From Takakia lepidozioides (lineage: Eukaryota > Plantae > Bryophyta): a stretch of 64,000 nucleotides of DNA. The stretch lies in the NCBI GenBank assembly GCA_030704615.1, contig CM060734.1:10478001-10542000 (forward strand). Direction: 5' to 3'. The notes below the pieces were generated by a model. The model saw only the letters and a program-made list of their open reading frames with translations. It searched no databases and was not told the origin of the DNA. A program made the translations under genes and the position numbers. Position 1 is the first letter of the stretch. Each line of letters begins with the position of its first letter. This document shows positions 51,079 through 64,000 of the stretch, piece after piece.

Positions 51079-54000
51079 TCTCCCTGTCCTCTAGGAAGCC
51101 TATTGACATTGGGTGGACTTGAAACGGGAGTACATTAATGTCTCTGTGACTAAATGCCGGCCTTGTGACCTCGTGTCCTTGTTTGTTTCGACCTGAAGCG
51201 CTTTGCTTCAGGTAAGGTAGTGCATTGGATTTAGTTGGAAAGCTTGGGGCCTTTCCCTCTTTAGAATATGCCTACACGGGCCATTCCCTGCAACTCCCTG
51301 GAGTGTGATCTCTGAATGGTAACAAGCGGACTCCTACCGCTTGGGGGCAGCCCCTCCACCCAAATTGGGCAGTCGTATGCTCTGTCTAGCATACTCGGCA
51401 CTTGGGCTCGGGTTGGTTCCTGTGCTTAAACTTATGGCCTGCGAAAACAATCAAAAATTTAGCTCCTATCAACATCAACTCTCCTCAGGGTGATCCCTGG
51501 GAATTGGTTACTTATGCCAAATCTGGGGCTTCATGTGTAGTTTTTGGGGTGAATCCCAGGATGGACGATGTGTCCTTTAAAACTACATGCTCTAGCTTAG
51601 GCTTGGATTTCATGGCTAATGGTACCATCTCGAGACTTGATAACAGGGGTACGTTGAAGGTTGCAATGACCAAAAGTGCTTCTAATAGAGTCCCGCATCA
51701 ATTCAATCTCAAAGAAGTTCGTCCCTTGACTGGCTGGAGAGCGGTCTTAGACATTGGTGATTCAATGGGGCGCTCTAGGAAGACAACCAAGGGCAACAAC
51801 TTCAACTTGAGAGTTTCTAATCGGTTTGATGCTCTGGATGAGGTTGAATCCAAGAAGGACAAGGTGCCCCTAAGTGTACGGAACCTGAACGTCCTGAATC
51901 TGAAGGATTTGGTACTCTGAATGGTTTACCAATCCTCAAGGTTTACACAAGACGAACAAATTCTATACACAGGGTAATTGTCCCCAAGCCGTCAGATGGA
52001 CAATCTGCCCCTAAGTGTGCAGAGCCTGAACGTCGTGTAACTGAAGGATTTGGTACTCTAAATGGTTTACCAATCCTCAAAGTCGACACAAGACGAGCAA
52101 AATCTATACACGGGGTAATTGTCCCCAAGCAGTCTGACGGACAATCTGCCCCTATGTGTGCGGAGCCTGTGCGTCGTGTAACTGAAAGATTTGGTACCCT
52201 GAATGGTTTACCAATTCTCAAAGTTTACACAAGACGAGCAAAATCTACACATGGGGTAACTGTCCCCCCTTTGCAGAACGGTTGGCCGTCCAGGAGCAAT
52301 CACAAGCTACCTAGACGACAAACAATTCACACGCAAAGGGCTGGCTTGCGGCTGGCCACTTTCAACTTCTCAGGGTTGACCAACCAAAGGAAACAACTTG
52401 AAGTGGGACAAGTTCTTCGGACTAATGATATTCATATCTGTGCTGGGCAAGAAACATGGGAAACGTCGGATAAACTGGTTGGAGATGTCATTGGTTATAA
52501 ATGGGCAGGTAAGATGTGTACTCTCAAGGCAGCCTCTGCCAAACGCGGTCAAAAAGGGGTCGGATTCTTTGTCCGTGATTTCTTGTTTGACAATTGTGAA
52601 ATTATCAACAAGGGTTTGAGGTACGAGCATAGTATCTGGCTAAAACTGAATTTGAAGGGCGGCATGAGTACAAAGGACCTCTTTGTTGGTTGTGTTTACA
52701 TGCCCACAGAGGGGACCCTTAGTGCTGACGCAGACAAGGCCTTCGAAGATGTAAAGCTGGACTGTGCTTCGTTCCTTGCCAAAGGTCAGGTGGTACTATT
52801 GGGGGACTTCAATGCCCGGGTGGGCAAAGGGATCCATCAGGACGATATCATTGGACCTTTTGGTGAGGACGAGCTGAATTCTAATGGCAGACGGTTAATT
52901 AACTGTCTAGAAGAGCTTCAGCTTTTGACCTTGAATAACAGGACAAGAGGTGACCAAGTGCAGTGGACTCGTGAGAAATCCCAAACTGGGGAACGTTCCA
53001 TTGTGGACTATATCATAATGGACAAAATTTTGTTCCCCCAGTGTGCCAATGTGTTGATCGACAGAACTGATATTGGTACCTCTGACCACTTCCTGGTTTG
53101 GACTGAGATCAAAAGGTGTTTTCCCACCACCAAGAGATCTGTGAAACGTTCGATTCGGAAGTGGCGCATAGAAAAATTCCACAATGAGGAGGTCAAGGCT
53201 GAGTACGTCCAGGCCTTGCAAGAGGCTCTCCCTCATTTTGTCCAATCGCTCCAAGAACTTCAGTCACGCTCTGTTAACGCAAGAAATGAAGTCGAAAGGG
53301 CAGTGGACTCTTGGGAGAGTTTCGTTTCCTCCGTGGCTGACAAGATCATTGGGAGGAAACTAATTGTCTGCGGTAGAGCAGTTAATTGGTGGACTAATGA
53401 GATTAAACTCAAGATAGCTGAGAGACGAGCCCTCTATAAAGAGTGCTGCAATTTGGAAACCAACAGAGAATTGTGGGCGAGGTACTACCAGCTCCGTAAA
53501 GATATCAATCAGCTTGTTAGGTCTCAGAAGAAATTATACTGGGACAAGTTATACAGTGAAATGAACTCAAACCACCATGGTGGTAATGACAAGAAATTCT
53601 GGTTGGCCCTTCAACGTTTGTACAAGCCGAAAAACGGTCAGCAAGTACAAGCGCTGAAGACTACTAAAGGTGCAGTGGTGACTTCATCGGTTGACATTGT
53701 CAAAACCTTTGAAACTCACTACAGTATCCTTGGCAGAACTTCTAGGTCTAACAGTGAGGGGTCTTCTGCTGAATGGAGGGACGCAGTTGGAAAGACTGTT
53801 CCTATGATTCAAAACAGCCCTGATGAACTGGAGTATATTTCAATGGCTTATAATGCTCCCATTAGTTCTTCTGAGATTGTGGAAGCAATTGAACATTTAA
53901 ATGGATATAAAGCTGGTGGACCTGATGGTATTGTCAACGAGCTTATCAAGCACGGTGGCGATCCCATGATAGAGGCCCTAGTTCTCCTCTTTAACCTTAT

Positions 54001-55943
54001 CTGGAAGACTGAAATGATCCCCTTTCGCTGGCGACAGGGGGTCATTGTCAATCTATACAAGAAGGGTGACAGAGAAGAACCGGGGAACTACCGTGGCATC
54101 ACGCCCTCAATGCTGTTGGCAAGACATTCTGCAGAGTTATAAGTACTCGTCTCGAGGTTGATCTGGAGTCTAGAGGTTGTTTCCACGAAGGCCAAGCTGG
54201 CTTTCGGCGAAACAGGGGCTGTGTGGATCATATCTTCACTCTAAGCCAGATTATCCAGGGAAGGAAAAAAGAAGGGAAACCCACTTATGTCTTTTTCCTG
54301 GATGTCAAAAAGGCTTATGACACAGTGTGGAGAGATGGCCTATGGTTCCGCCTCTGGTCTTGTGGGATCAAGGGAAAGATGTGGAGAGTTGTCCACAACT
54401 TGTATGCTCACACCAAAAGCTGTGTCACTGTTAACGGACAGAAGTCCAACTTCTTTGACATAGACCAAGGTGTAGCTCAAGGATGTACTCTCTCCCCTCT
54501 ACTCTTCAATGTTTTCATCAATCAACTCCTCGAGGCTGTGGAAAGTGAGGGATTTGGGTTAAGGGTGGGTGATACCACCATACCAGCCCTTATGTTTGCG
54601 GATGACTTCGCAGGCATAGGGGAGACTCCAACCAATCTCCAGGAATTGATTGATTGCGCGAAGAGATACTTTGATCTTTGGGGGCTAGAGGCTAATGTCA
54701 GCAAATGTGCAGTGGTAGCATTCAACGACAGAGGAGAGGGAGGAAGTGATCTTAAGTGGCAGTGGGGTAGCCAAGAGATCCCGGTCCTCCCTTCCTACAC
54801 TTACCTGGGCGTTGAGTTCTCCTCCAATTGTAATTGGGATGCACATATCCGGAAAGTTGTTCAAACTGGCAAGGGCAAAGCTCTGGGGCTCACTAAATTT
54901 TTCCACTGCAGAGGGGTCACTCTGAGGTTAAGAAAACCATGCTTTGTCGCGTTATTAGACCTGCCTTGGAGTACGGATCTGCTATATGGGTTGATAACTC
55001 CAACCAGGCTAAGTCTCTAGAATCCATTCAAGTGGGGGTGCTTAAGGAGTGTATGTCAGCATGCTCCAAAACAGCCAATGTGGCTGTTCGGGGTGAGTTT
55101 GGCATTCTGTCCTTAAGCTCCCGACGAGATGAATTCAAGGTCAGATGGTGGGGTCAGCTGCAACATATGCCCAACACCAGATATCCTAAGTTAATCGACT
55201 CTATATCTTGGAAACAGGACCGCCCTGTCAAACAGGCTAAGTCCTGGCAGAAGAGAGTAGAAGAGATCCTCAAGGACCTGGACCTGGATCCGCAAGTCTT
55301 GACCCTGCTGGATAAATCTGACTTAGAGGCTGTAGTGTCCTCAGCCATGTCTGTTGCCATGAGATTGTCTGATGAAAATGAAGTTAGGCAGAAAACTTCC
55401 CTGAACTTGTTTCCAGTCTGTGACATGGGGGAGGACATCTTGGATGACCTCAAGGGTCTACCCACTCTTGGCACTAGACTGAAATTTAAACTCAGGGCAG
55501 GAAGCCTACCTTTGAACAGCAAACAGAAGCAGAGAGGAAAGGGAGAGTGCAATTGCCCGTTGTGTGGGCAATCTGAAGACAGTATTCATTTTCTGATACA
55601 CTGTCCGGGGTTCTCTCACCAAAGAGACGCTCTCTTCAAATCTATCAAGGGAATTGTGCCTGTACCCCTGTTTACCAACTTTGAAAGTCTCGAGGCTGAG
55701 CCAAAAGCCCAGGCCCTCCTGAGGCCTAGTTTTTGGGCAAATCCTACACAGCAGATTGATGCTTGTGTGAAGGGATTTCTAGAGGATATCTGGAAAACCC
55801 GGATTAATTCTATATATGAAGGTAAGTCTTACTACCAACGTCAGCCCCTGACAGAGGTAGGTTCTGTCCCTTTTGTTCCCGCTCAAACTGGGCGCGGGGT
55901 CAATGGCCACAAGGCTACGGCAAACAACGTCTTATGAGTACAA
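51079..55943 (+). mobile_element. 4.9-kb LINE (APE endonuclease + RT + C-terminal Zn knuckle) with 13-bp TSD, inserted in an intron
   Basis: TSD TCTGAATTGAATC at 51066-51078 and 55944-55956. Motifs QETW, GDFNARVG, SDH, GNYRGI, QAGFR, FLDVKKAYD, GVAQGCTLSPLLF, FADD, YLGV and CPLC...HFLIHC; frameshifts at ~54105 and ~54935. Confidence 0.95.
51866..52268 (+). repeat. 141-bp tandem repeat (x~2.9) in frame with LINE ORF2 (47-aa repeat)
   Basis: GCCCCTA.GTGT starts at 51866, 52007 and 52148; the frame is open from 51848 into the endonuclease domain. Confidence 0.92.
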
Positions 55944-57511
55944 TCTGAATTGAATCAGCAGATTTTTGTCAAACAGCGAGGATGCTATGTCTTTATTCCA
56001 GCACTCCAGTCTCTCCCTTGTTCATGGCTCCCTGCATTCAGTGGATAACAACCTCTGCTCTTTTGTTTTGCAGTTGTTGACTAGGCTAGTGTTCGAGCGG
56101 GGAAGCGCAGATGCAGCTGGGGAAGTTGCAGATATAATGGGAGCGGTTTTGGTGCACCAGGTATTTATTCCATCCTTGAGAGAATGCTTAATCATATACT
56201 TCACTGGATAATGCATGTGTGCAGCTGTCTGCAAGTTGGTAGGCAGTGTTGTTGAGTTAAATATTTTGAGCTTCTGAGAACAATGTTATCTTTCCCTACC
56301 CCCCCCCTGCTGAGAGCAAAAGGAAAGTTAATGTCCTACCAGTAGATTATTCATTAGCTAGCTATTCATTTTTCGAGTATAGCTGGCTACAGGAATGTCA
56401 TAGACAATCAAAGCTGTTTAAGGAGTCTATGTACCCTCTTCCACATGCTTTCTTGCTTTTTGTTACCCATTCTGAAAGATTTATGCATGGAGCACTAAAC
56501 TAAAGCTCACAACCCAGGTGACTCTTCTAAAAACTAATAACTACTTTTGCAGGTAATCTCAGCATGTGTGCCCCCGGTCTACCCTCCCCGGGGAGGCAGG
56601 GGTTGGGCATGCATCCCACAACTCCCCACCCGCACAGTGCAGCCTCCTAGCAGCCAACGGGGGGATGTCCACTTTGTTGCTACGACCTCTCCAAATGAAG
56701 ATGAGACAGAGCTATATCCTCTACAGATAGATGTCGTGAAGCACCTTGCCACACTGTCGCCTGTGCGCGCCATTCTTGCCTGTGTATTTGGCCAAAGCCA
56801 TTTCAGTACAAGCCCCAGGGATGCCAGTGATGCAGATTCCAGCATCCCACAGACTTTTGGGCCTTTTCTTTACAACATTGTTCTGTTAAGTTTATCATGG
56901 ATCTATGATATTCTGTGCCATATCTCATGCCTCAGTACTGAGCTTTGACCAGCTTGAAGGTCCTGTATATCCAATATATATCATGTGTATCCAGAAAGAA
57001 TCAACAAATACACTGCTTTCAGACCCTCAGTCCCTCCTCCTGTGGTCCACTTATTTGATGCAAGGATGTCTTACATGTCCTACTGGGGACACTAATCTGC
57101 ATGCTCTTAATAAACATGCTAAGCAGTGACGGACAATGGGGATTGCAGTTACTCAACGTTGAACCGGTGGATCCAACTGCAAGCAGATTTGCAACATTTG
57201 TCTGATTCACCAACCTCCTCTCGACAGCTTAACGAGGACCCTAAGAAGGAAGAGGAGAGACGTGCTTCAGCAAAGCGGCCCCGTGCAGCAGAAGAGGATT
57301 CTGACTCATCTTCTGACAGTGATGAGAAACATGTCTTGCTGGGAAAGCCAGGCTTAGGTGTGGGATGGACCCCGAATTTTGCAGCCCACAGGCTCATGAA
57401 GGGGTGCCACCAGCATCCAAGGAAGCCAGGGGTCCAGAGCCAAGTACCTTTGTCCCTTTTATTTGACTGGGAGCACGAGGCCCCCTATGAAGATGCTGTT
57501 CAAAGGTAGGC

Positions 57512-58437
57512 GAATGCTTGGAGAAAAGATGACTGCAATGGTTCCAGATTCTTTTCCCACCAGGAGACAGGAACACCAGGTGCCCAGAACTCACAACCAT
57601 AGATGGTAGCAGGGCTGACGACGGAGAAAGAAATGAAATGGAAATGAAATGGTGCTTTATAACGTCCGCGGAAAGCTCGTAGAGCTTATTGGACAAAATG
57701 GAAGAAAACATGAGAGAGGAAACAAAACCAGAACCCAAGAATAAGAACTAATGTTCTAGCGATTGTCTAAGGGTGAAGGCCTCGTGTAGGTATGCTGCCA
57801 AGCATTTTCTATCCTCATAGTGGAAGACTTCAGTGAGAGATTGGGTTCCACTGAATAAACAGTGGAATCTCCCACGGATCTCGTAGTATAGAGGGCAGTA
57901 GAAGAAGAAGTGTTCTTCAGTTTCAATTTCCTGGCTGCGCCCTATGCAAGCTGGACATAGGCAGTCCTCCCGTTGCAGGTTTTCCCATCTGCCAGTCTCT
58001 ATCCGTAGGTTGTGGGAACCCACCCTGAACCGCCCAATGCCCTCAGGAGGGAAGGAGATAAGGATGCTGAAAGGTAATTTGGCCTCAAGATTCTATCATC
58101 TCGGAGCACCAAGAATGTCTCTCGATAGAAGTGGAGCTTTGTCGTGAGATTGGGTAGCTTCCAAGTTCTCTTGACATGTAATTCCATAAGCTCTCTCCTA
58201 TTGAGTCTGTTGCGGTCATGTCTGGATGTGATGTCCACCCCATCTGGATTCATTGGTAATTGGGAAGCAGTAGAGAAGTCCGTTGCGCTGAAATAAACTG
58301 TCCACTCGAGCGCCAGGAGTTCCTGAAACCTGCAGCTTTGAGCCTCATAGATGTTGCGAGGGCTCTTGCCACGAGCCCCTTAGGTGGTAGGGCCTGTAAT
58401 CTATGGAGAAAGATTGTAAGCCGGAAGAGGGCCTCGG
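57512..58437 (-). mobile_element. Second, more decayed copy of the (CATTT)n-tailed LINE 3' end, rearranged
   Basis: GSHNLRIETGRWENLQRED.LCPAC...HFFFYCP is nearly identical to 49320-49595; tail at 57631-57652. A 5' piece lies beyond the tail at 57512-57578. Confidence 0.88.
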
Positions 58438-60120
58438 TTTAATGAAAGAAAGAAAGAAAGAAGACGCCAGACATAACCTGCGTATTGAAAAGCCTCTTCC
58501 TCTACTGAAGTTTTCCCTCTTTCGAAAGGGTGGGCTCTGCATGGAAATCGCCCATCTGTGCGTCTAGGGTTGTTAGTTGTTTGGTATTTTAAATGTGTTT
58601 GGCATGTACAAGAGCTGCAAGGGAGCAAATGGCTATGAGACGAAACGATTTGAGCAGTCAAGGATTGCACAGTATGGAACTGTAGCTTGTATTAAGAAGT
58701 TCCAGATTTTGATCATGAATGCTGCCACGGATGCTCAGTTAGAGTGGCAACAATCCAGCCTGTCTTGTAAGGCCTCATGATCATGTACACTTGTCTATTT
58801 TCACGCTTGTTTAGGGAAGTGCTTGAAGCTAGTTATATGAATGTGCTGATGGGCTGAACCTGGTACTGTGCGTTGCTGAATCATTCATGCTTGATAGTGT
58901 TTAGAAATTCACAAACCCATTGTGTTACATTGCTAATTACTTGAAACTGGACTTTATGGTGGTTCCAGATTGCTGGAGGAGGGAAAGCTTGTGGATGCAT
59001 TGGCACTGGCTGACAGGTGGCTACGTGATGGAGCCTGTGACGGATTGCTTCAGTTACTGATTGAAAGAGGTGAGGAGAGTGGAATGACTAGTACTCAATG
59101 GAAAGGTTACAGCGCTACACATCTGTATAGCAGCAGCTGGCAGTACTGTATTCGCGTCCGCAACAAGAGCCTGGCAGCCACTCTTGCCCTTAAGTACGTG
59201 TTCAGCACCAATCTACTGTAACAGGTCCGCATCTTAACACTGAATTCTCACAAGCTAGTAGAAAACTTTTTAGCTCAACAAGAATTTCCACCATCACAAC
59301 TTTTTGGCAACATGAAAGGGCATGTGGTGTTTCTCTTGCATAGCTGAGACGGGAGTGTTTTACAGATACTTTCATCGTTGGGAGCTGGATGCAGCAATTG
59401 ATGTGCTCACAATGTGCAGCTGCCATCTATCCTGTGTTGACCTCCTCTATAATGAGGTTCTTGCCTCCCCTCCCTCCCATGCAGGGTAATATAAATTTTG
59501 TTGCATGCATCTATGCTCGGTTAGAATTTCAAAGTACCGTAGACAGCTTGTGTAGTCTGAGTTTATTTGAAGCTAAGTCACCTGAAAATCAAGGTGTAAT
59601 GGCATCTGTATCTCTGGGCTAGGGCAACCACTTTGCGTGAAGTCAAATGCTCATGGAGTGGGTGTATGCAGGTGGTGCGGAAGAGACAGACACTTCAGCA
59701 ATATGGCCGCATTCAGCGGGCTGACAGTCGGTTCACCAATTGGCAGGAGGTGCAGCATTCTATTGCATGAATTATTTTTTTCTCTGGTGTACCCACTCAG
59801 TCCTTAGACCATTGGTTAAGTATCATTGCCCACAGAATGTCCGTACAGGATTTAGTAACAATCTCTTCAAGTGCTCCAATGCAAGTTGTATTGTAACCCA
59901 ATTTCTCGAATGCAGGTCTAAGCTAAACGGGTAACATTTATGAAACAGGAATTTGCAAGGCACAACAAAGCAAGCAAGGATGTTTACATTCTTCCCCAGG
60001 GGGGAGGAGAGAAAAAGGAAGAAATAATGTTCAACATCAATGGGGAGGCCTAGAGGGCCTAGGGGACGCAGTAGAACAACAAAAGAAAGACCTATCAAAC
60101 CCTAAAAATTGTGGGACAGA

Positions 60121-60365
60121 AAAATGAAATGAAATGGTACTTTGTAACGGAAAGCTTCTGGGACAAAAGGGAGAAACCAGAAAGAAGAGACAAAACCACA
60201 GCCAAAAGCAGCCCAGAAGCAACTACTGCTGAAGGGACGGAGAGAATGTACTCATATGACGTTGTTTGCCGTAGCCTGGCCATTGACCCCGCGCCCAGTT
60301 GATATCCTCTAGAAATCCCTTTACACAAGCATCAACCTGCTGTGTGTGGTTTGCCCAACAACTAG
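60121..60365 (-). mobile_element. Two adjacent very short LINE 3'-end fragments of different families
   Basis: 60121-~60205 matches the (CATTT)n-tail family 3' end. ~60245-60365 is the reverse complement of 55733-55943 with an internal deletion (...AACTGGGCGCGGGGTCAATGGCC...ATGAGTACA). Confidence 0.8.
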
Positions 60366-63138
60366 GAACTGACTTGTTTCTGAATTGTTTTGATCAGGAC
60401 ACCCTGTCTAATCTTATGCAGGATCCATGTTCTTGCTGATAAAGGTTGTCTGTTATTAGGAGCTTTTCACCCTGAAACAAGTCTTACACTGGCTTGCTCT
60501 TTACAGGTGGAAGCACTATGTCAAAGTGATCCTGAAGGGTTGGCTCTCCGGCGGCCAGGCAAGGGAGCTGTATCAGCCGCACTTGATGTAGCCGAATCAT
60601 TCAAATTGTCCAATGATTTGCGGAGAGAATTGCAGGGCAGGCAGCTGGTGAAGCTCTTGACCTCTGACCCAATCAGTGGAGGGGGGCCCGCTGGAGGCTT
60701 GCGCTTTCTAAACTCTTTGCTGAAACCAGAGGAGCATTGCCTGTGGCTATGGCAGCAATGGAGCAGCTTCCAAATCTGCAATCAAAGCAGCTCCTGGTAG
60801 TATTTGTCCTTCGTTTGCATGGATGCATGTTCCTCACATGCTGTATCTGCTGATGTTTATATGTACTGCTAACAGGAATGCAGCAGAAGATTTCAAAGTG
60901 GATCAACAGTTTTGCAGCTGGTGTTTCTTCCCTTCCCACTCCATGAAACCATTTATCCTTACAGACTTTCATGTCATTCTTTGTATCCCTTGATCCAGAA
61001 CCGGGGAAGATTGACGAGTAAGGGTATCCTATGATAAAAGCTTTTTACAATTTGTGTAGCATGGTCTTTTTTCATATCCTTGGTTAGCAAAAGTCTAGTC
61101 AGTTTTGTTAAGCATAGAGAAAAAATGGTTGAGGCTTCCCTCAAAACTGTAGAAATGGCAACCTCTTAAGACCTAGTGTCTCCAAATTTCCATTCGTGCA
61201 CACTGTATTCCAATCTAACCACATTCAATAGGGTTCTATTACAGCTGTTGGATAATGTCCACCCATTATGTCAATCAGAGATGCAATCTATGAAGAATGT
61301 AAGAAACTGACTTGGCTGCATTTTCCCAATGACTTCAGCTTGAGTGGAAATTTGCATCTCTTGATTGAGACAATGGGAGGATAGTTATAGGATTGCTTAA
61401 TCCCGTAGGATTCTGCATGGCAGGTTCATTTCTTTCTGAAGCGGCGAGTTGGGACTTTGTCTGAGGAAGCTGGACCGGTTGGCTTTGGGCCTGCGTATGC
61501 TGGGAGCCCTCCCACTGCCATGGCAACAGCGCTGTTCTGCACTGCATGAGCATCCCCGTCTCATTCTTGAGACGCTCCTTATGTGGAAACAGCTTGGTGC
61601 TGCCTCTCAGGTAATGTGATCTTCTTTTCTTGGTCTAGTTTTTACTGTAAGAGTAAACCGGTGAATCCAGATCACAGCGAATATTGATGTTTTAGACTGG
61701 AACCATGAGGCTCCCTTAAGATAGTTAGAAATATGATTACATCAATCGAATTCTATCATATGCTTTGAAAGGGCCAGAGGTAAATGGGTTTGTTCGCATT
61801 TCTAATCTACTAGCCATTTTGTCACATTTTTAGATTTCGCATTTCATAACTTAAAAGGAAATTAACAGGAAAATGTCCTTGTTGCAGCTTTTACAAGCAT
61901 TTCCCTCTTTACGGGACGATCCGCTCATTATTGACTATGCTGCTAAAGCTCCGAGTCTCAGTAACAATGCACCTATGGAGCGCAGGCCACTTGTCACTAC
62001 CCCAGCCACTGTGAAGCCCTCTGGCCATTTGACAACTTCAGCACGGTCGAACTTTAGCAGCGGATGTAACTCGTTGCAGCGCCGGGCATTTTCCTGGGCT
62101 CAACGGGACAGTGGTAACAAAATCATTTATAAAGACACAGCAACCGGAAACGGAAGCTCGGAACACTCCCACCTTCTCAGAAAGCAGCATGGGAGGCAAT
62201 GGCTGGTATACCTGAGGAGCGGCCACCAGCTGGACTGGGCGACCTGGACAGTTATGAAAGGGCAGCCCCAGTGACTATGGCAGAGGAGTGGGTGTTAACT
62301 GGGGACCCCAGTAAGGATGAGGCTGTTCGCCACTATGAAAGTGCTCCCAGTATCATTCTATTTAAGGTGCAGAATATTTTAAGTTGTCAAATTGCATATT
62401 GTTTGGACACTAAGTATGAGTGTATTGTACTCCATGTCTTTTGTCATTTTACTTCAATTAGCTTCTTGTAAAATATTGCATTATCTACATGGGAGAGCAA
62501 GCATTTCTGATGAGACCATTTTTCTAGCAATTTGCCACCCTTAATCCCAACCCTCTACAAATGCCTCCCTGCTACTTGAGCGACATGTCTCAATGATCTC
62601 AAGCTGGATAGATTGAGACATGAATAGAGGCAAGGCTTCTAACAAGCAATCTTGTGGAATCAGCCAATTAGTACAGTTGTGGCATCCCAAATCATACATG
62701 AGGGTGCAGATACTTCTTCCAATAGACGGAACGCACTTTGTGCTCCCCAGCTGTGCAAGCCTTTGTTGCACGATATGTTGCATTTCTAGTTTTTTCTCTT
62801 TGCACTGTTTAACCATAGTGAGTACTTGAATAACTCTTTATGTTCTGAAGGAGCCTATCTATGAATGCAGGCAGGAGAGTGTGATTTCTATTCTGAAAAA
62901 ATTGTACTTCGGTTGTGGGTATTTTTGCAGGCTCTCCTGGAGTTGTGTTCTGAAGAAGCAGTGGCTGCCAATGCAGCAGTGGACGTGTGCATCACTCAAA
63001 TAAAACATGTGCTCTCTTCCCAACAGCTACCCCTCAATGCTTCTTCGGAAAGTATTGAACGAGCCTTCCATGCAATCGAGACATTTGTACAGGTGAGCCT
63101 GATGTCCATTCATTTGAGCTTCCAGTGCTGGAGGCAAC

Positions 63139-63382
63139 TGTAACATGTGGGGTTCCACATCTGTTTTCTAGATAGATGCTTATTTAGTTAAAGGTCTTCT
63201 GCAAGCAGCACTTCATCCCTACACAACAGTTCATATCTGAACAGATTACTCTTCCTTATGAAGAGTCATCTTCCTTAGGATAGAACCTAAGAAGAAAACA
63301 TTATTAAGAAGTTACTTTGTAATATACAGAAGGATTCTCTCTCTCATCTGAATGCTCTCATTATATCACATGGTATCAGAGC
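63139..63382 (+). mobile_element. LTR retrotransposon 5' LTR and tRNA-Met primer-binding site (Copia-like)
   Basis: TGTAACAT (63139) ... ATATCACA (63370), followed directly by TGGTATCAGAGC (63371-63382); lies 46 bp into an intron of the spastizin-like gene. Confidence 0.78.
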
Positions 63383-64000
63383 CATCCTGTGAAACCAACT
63401 AAAGTTGTCTAGTGCGATCCACAGTAGTCGAGGGACGCCTCGACTCCTGCGGAACGGGGGACGCCTCGAACCATATGATCTCACTTATTCATTTTTTCTT
63501 TTAGGTGCTTGTCAGAAGCACAACAAAACAAAATATAATTCCAGTAAGCTGCTTTGAAAAAATAAGCACTTTAAGATCCGCATAGGCGGGTTCGTATTAG
63601 TTCGTAGTAGTTCTTCTGAAGAGGAAGTTCTAAAAACAGCTCTGTTGATTTAATTGTGAAGTCAACAAATCGTTGGGAAGATGTCAGGCTTAAAGGTCAC
63701 GGACAAAGAATCAGTGTGAGAGTTTTTTAACATTTTTACTCATTAAACTAAATTTTATGTACTTTATCAACCTACCGATAACAACCATTTTCATAAAGTC
63801 CTTTACAATATGAAAACCAAAACACCCCATGAGCTGTCTTCATTAAATACAACCTTTTATTATAGATGAAGGGTGGCCCAAGGTCAAATTTTCAATAACA
63901 TGTACTTTTGTGATTATGGTCAAGTTTGGATTACGTCACCGACGACACGTGACGGCATATATCCTCCATAACATTCAATGGAACTTATTTCCATGTGTGG

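Larger units (their letters stand above)
49988..63092 (+). pseudogene. Plant ZFYVE26/spastizin (SPG15)-like gene, central exons, disrupted; may continue beyond the window
   Basis: Spliced exons encode IEDATNGKRQFLSG|KLHNLVRALADEE, GDIVDGIDTSHDYNFF, LLTRLVFERGS, VISACVPPVYPPRGGRGWACIP, TLNRWIQLQ, DWEHEAPYEDAVQR, LLEEGKLVDALALADRWL, RWELDAAIDVLTMCSCHL, LRRELQGRQLVKLL, LPLPWQQRCSALHEHP, AEEWVLTGD and VLSSQQLPLNAS. Frameshifts and deletions at e.g. ~50078 and ~60735. Family recognised from memory of the Arabidopsis homologue. Confidence 0.82.

Noticed and set aside
60097-60104. AAACCCTA telomere-like motif
   Set aside because: Single copy only; not a telomeric tract.

Overview
Eukaryotic nuclear DNA from a land plant, most likely a non-seed plant (bryophyte, lycophyte or fern); this is inferred from the PLS-DYW PPR genes, GT-AG introns and TE types. 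No prokaryotic features, rRNA, tRNA or CRISPR were found. From left to right: (1) 1-11380 is a near-perfect tandem array of a ~2.65-kb non-coding unit (4.3 copies). (2) ~11.6-21.2 kb is a decayed Mutator-like (MULE) DNA transposon with a GCM-like/MULE/SWIM transposase on + and a divergently oriented, spliced ParB/Srx-like (DGNHR) gene on -. The introns of that gene carry 18 copies of a 24-bp palindrome, and this is the best candidate for an undescribed system. (3) The MULE sits inside a Copia element. (4) The rest is a graveyard of host pseudogenes (DEAD-box helicase, three PLS/DYW PPRs, an intronless MATE, and a ZFYVE26/spastizin-like gene whose consecutive exons lie on both strands) around one apparently intact gene, MED18. 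(5) There is also a truncated Gypsy-type element, one TSD-bounded 4.9-kb LINE, several LINE 3' fragments, and a Copia-type 5' LTR/PBS at the window end. Protein family calls come from motif recognition by eye, not database searches.
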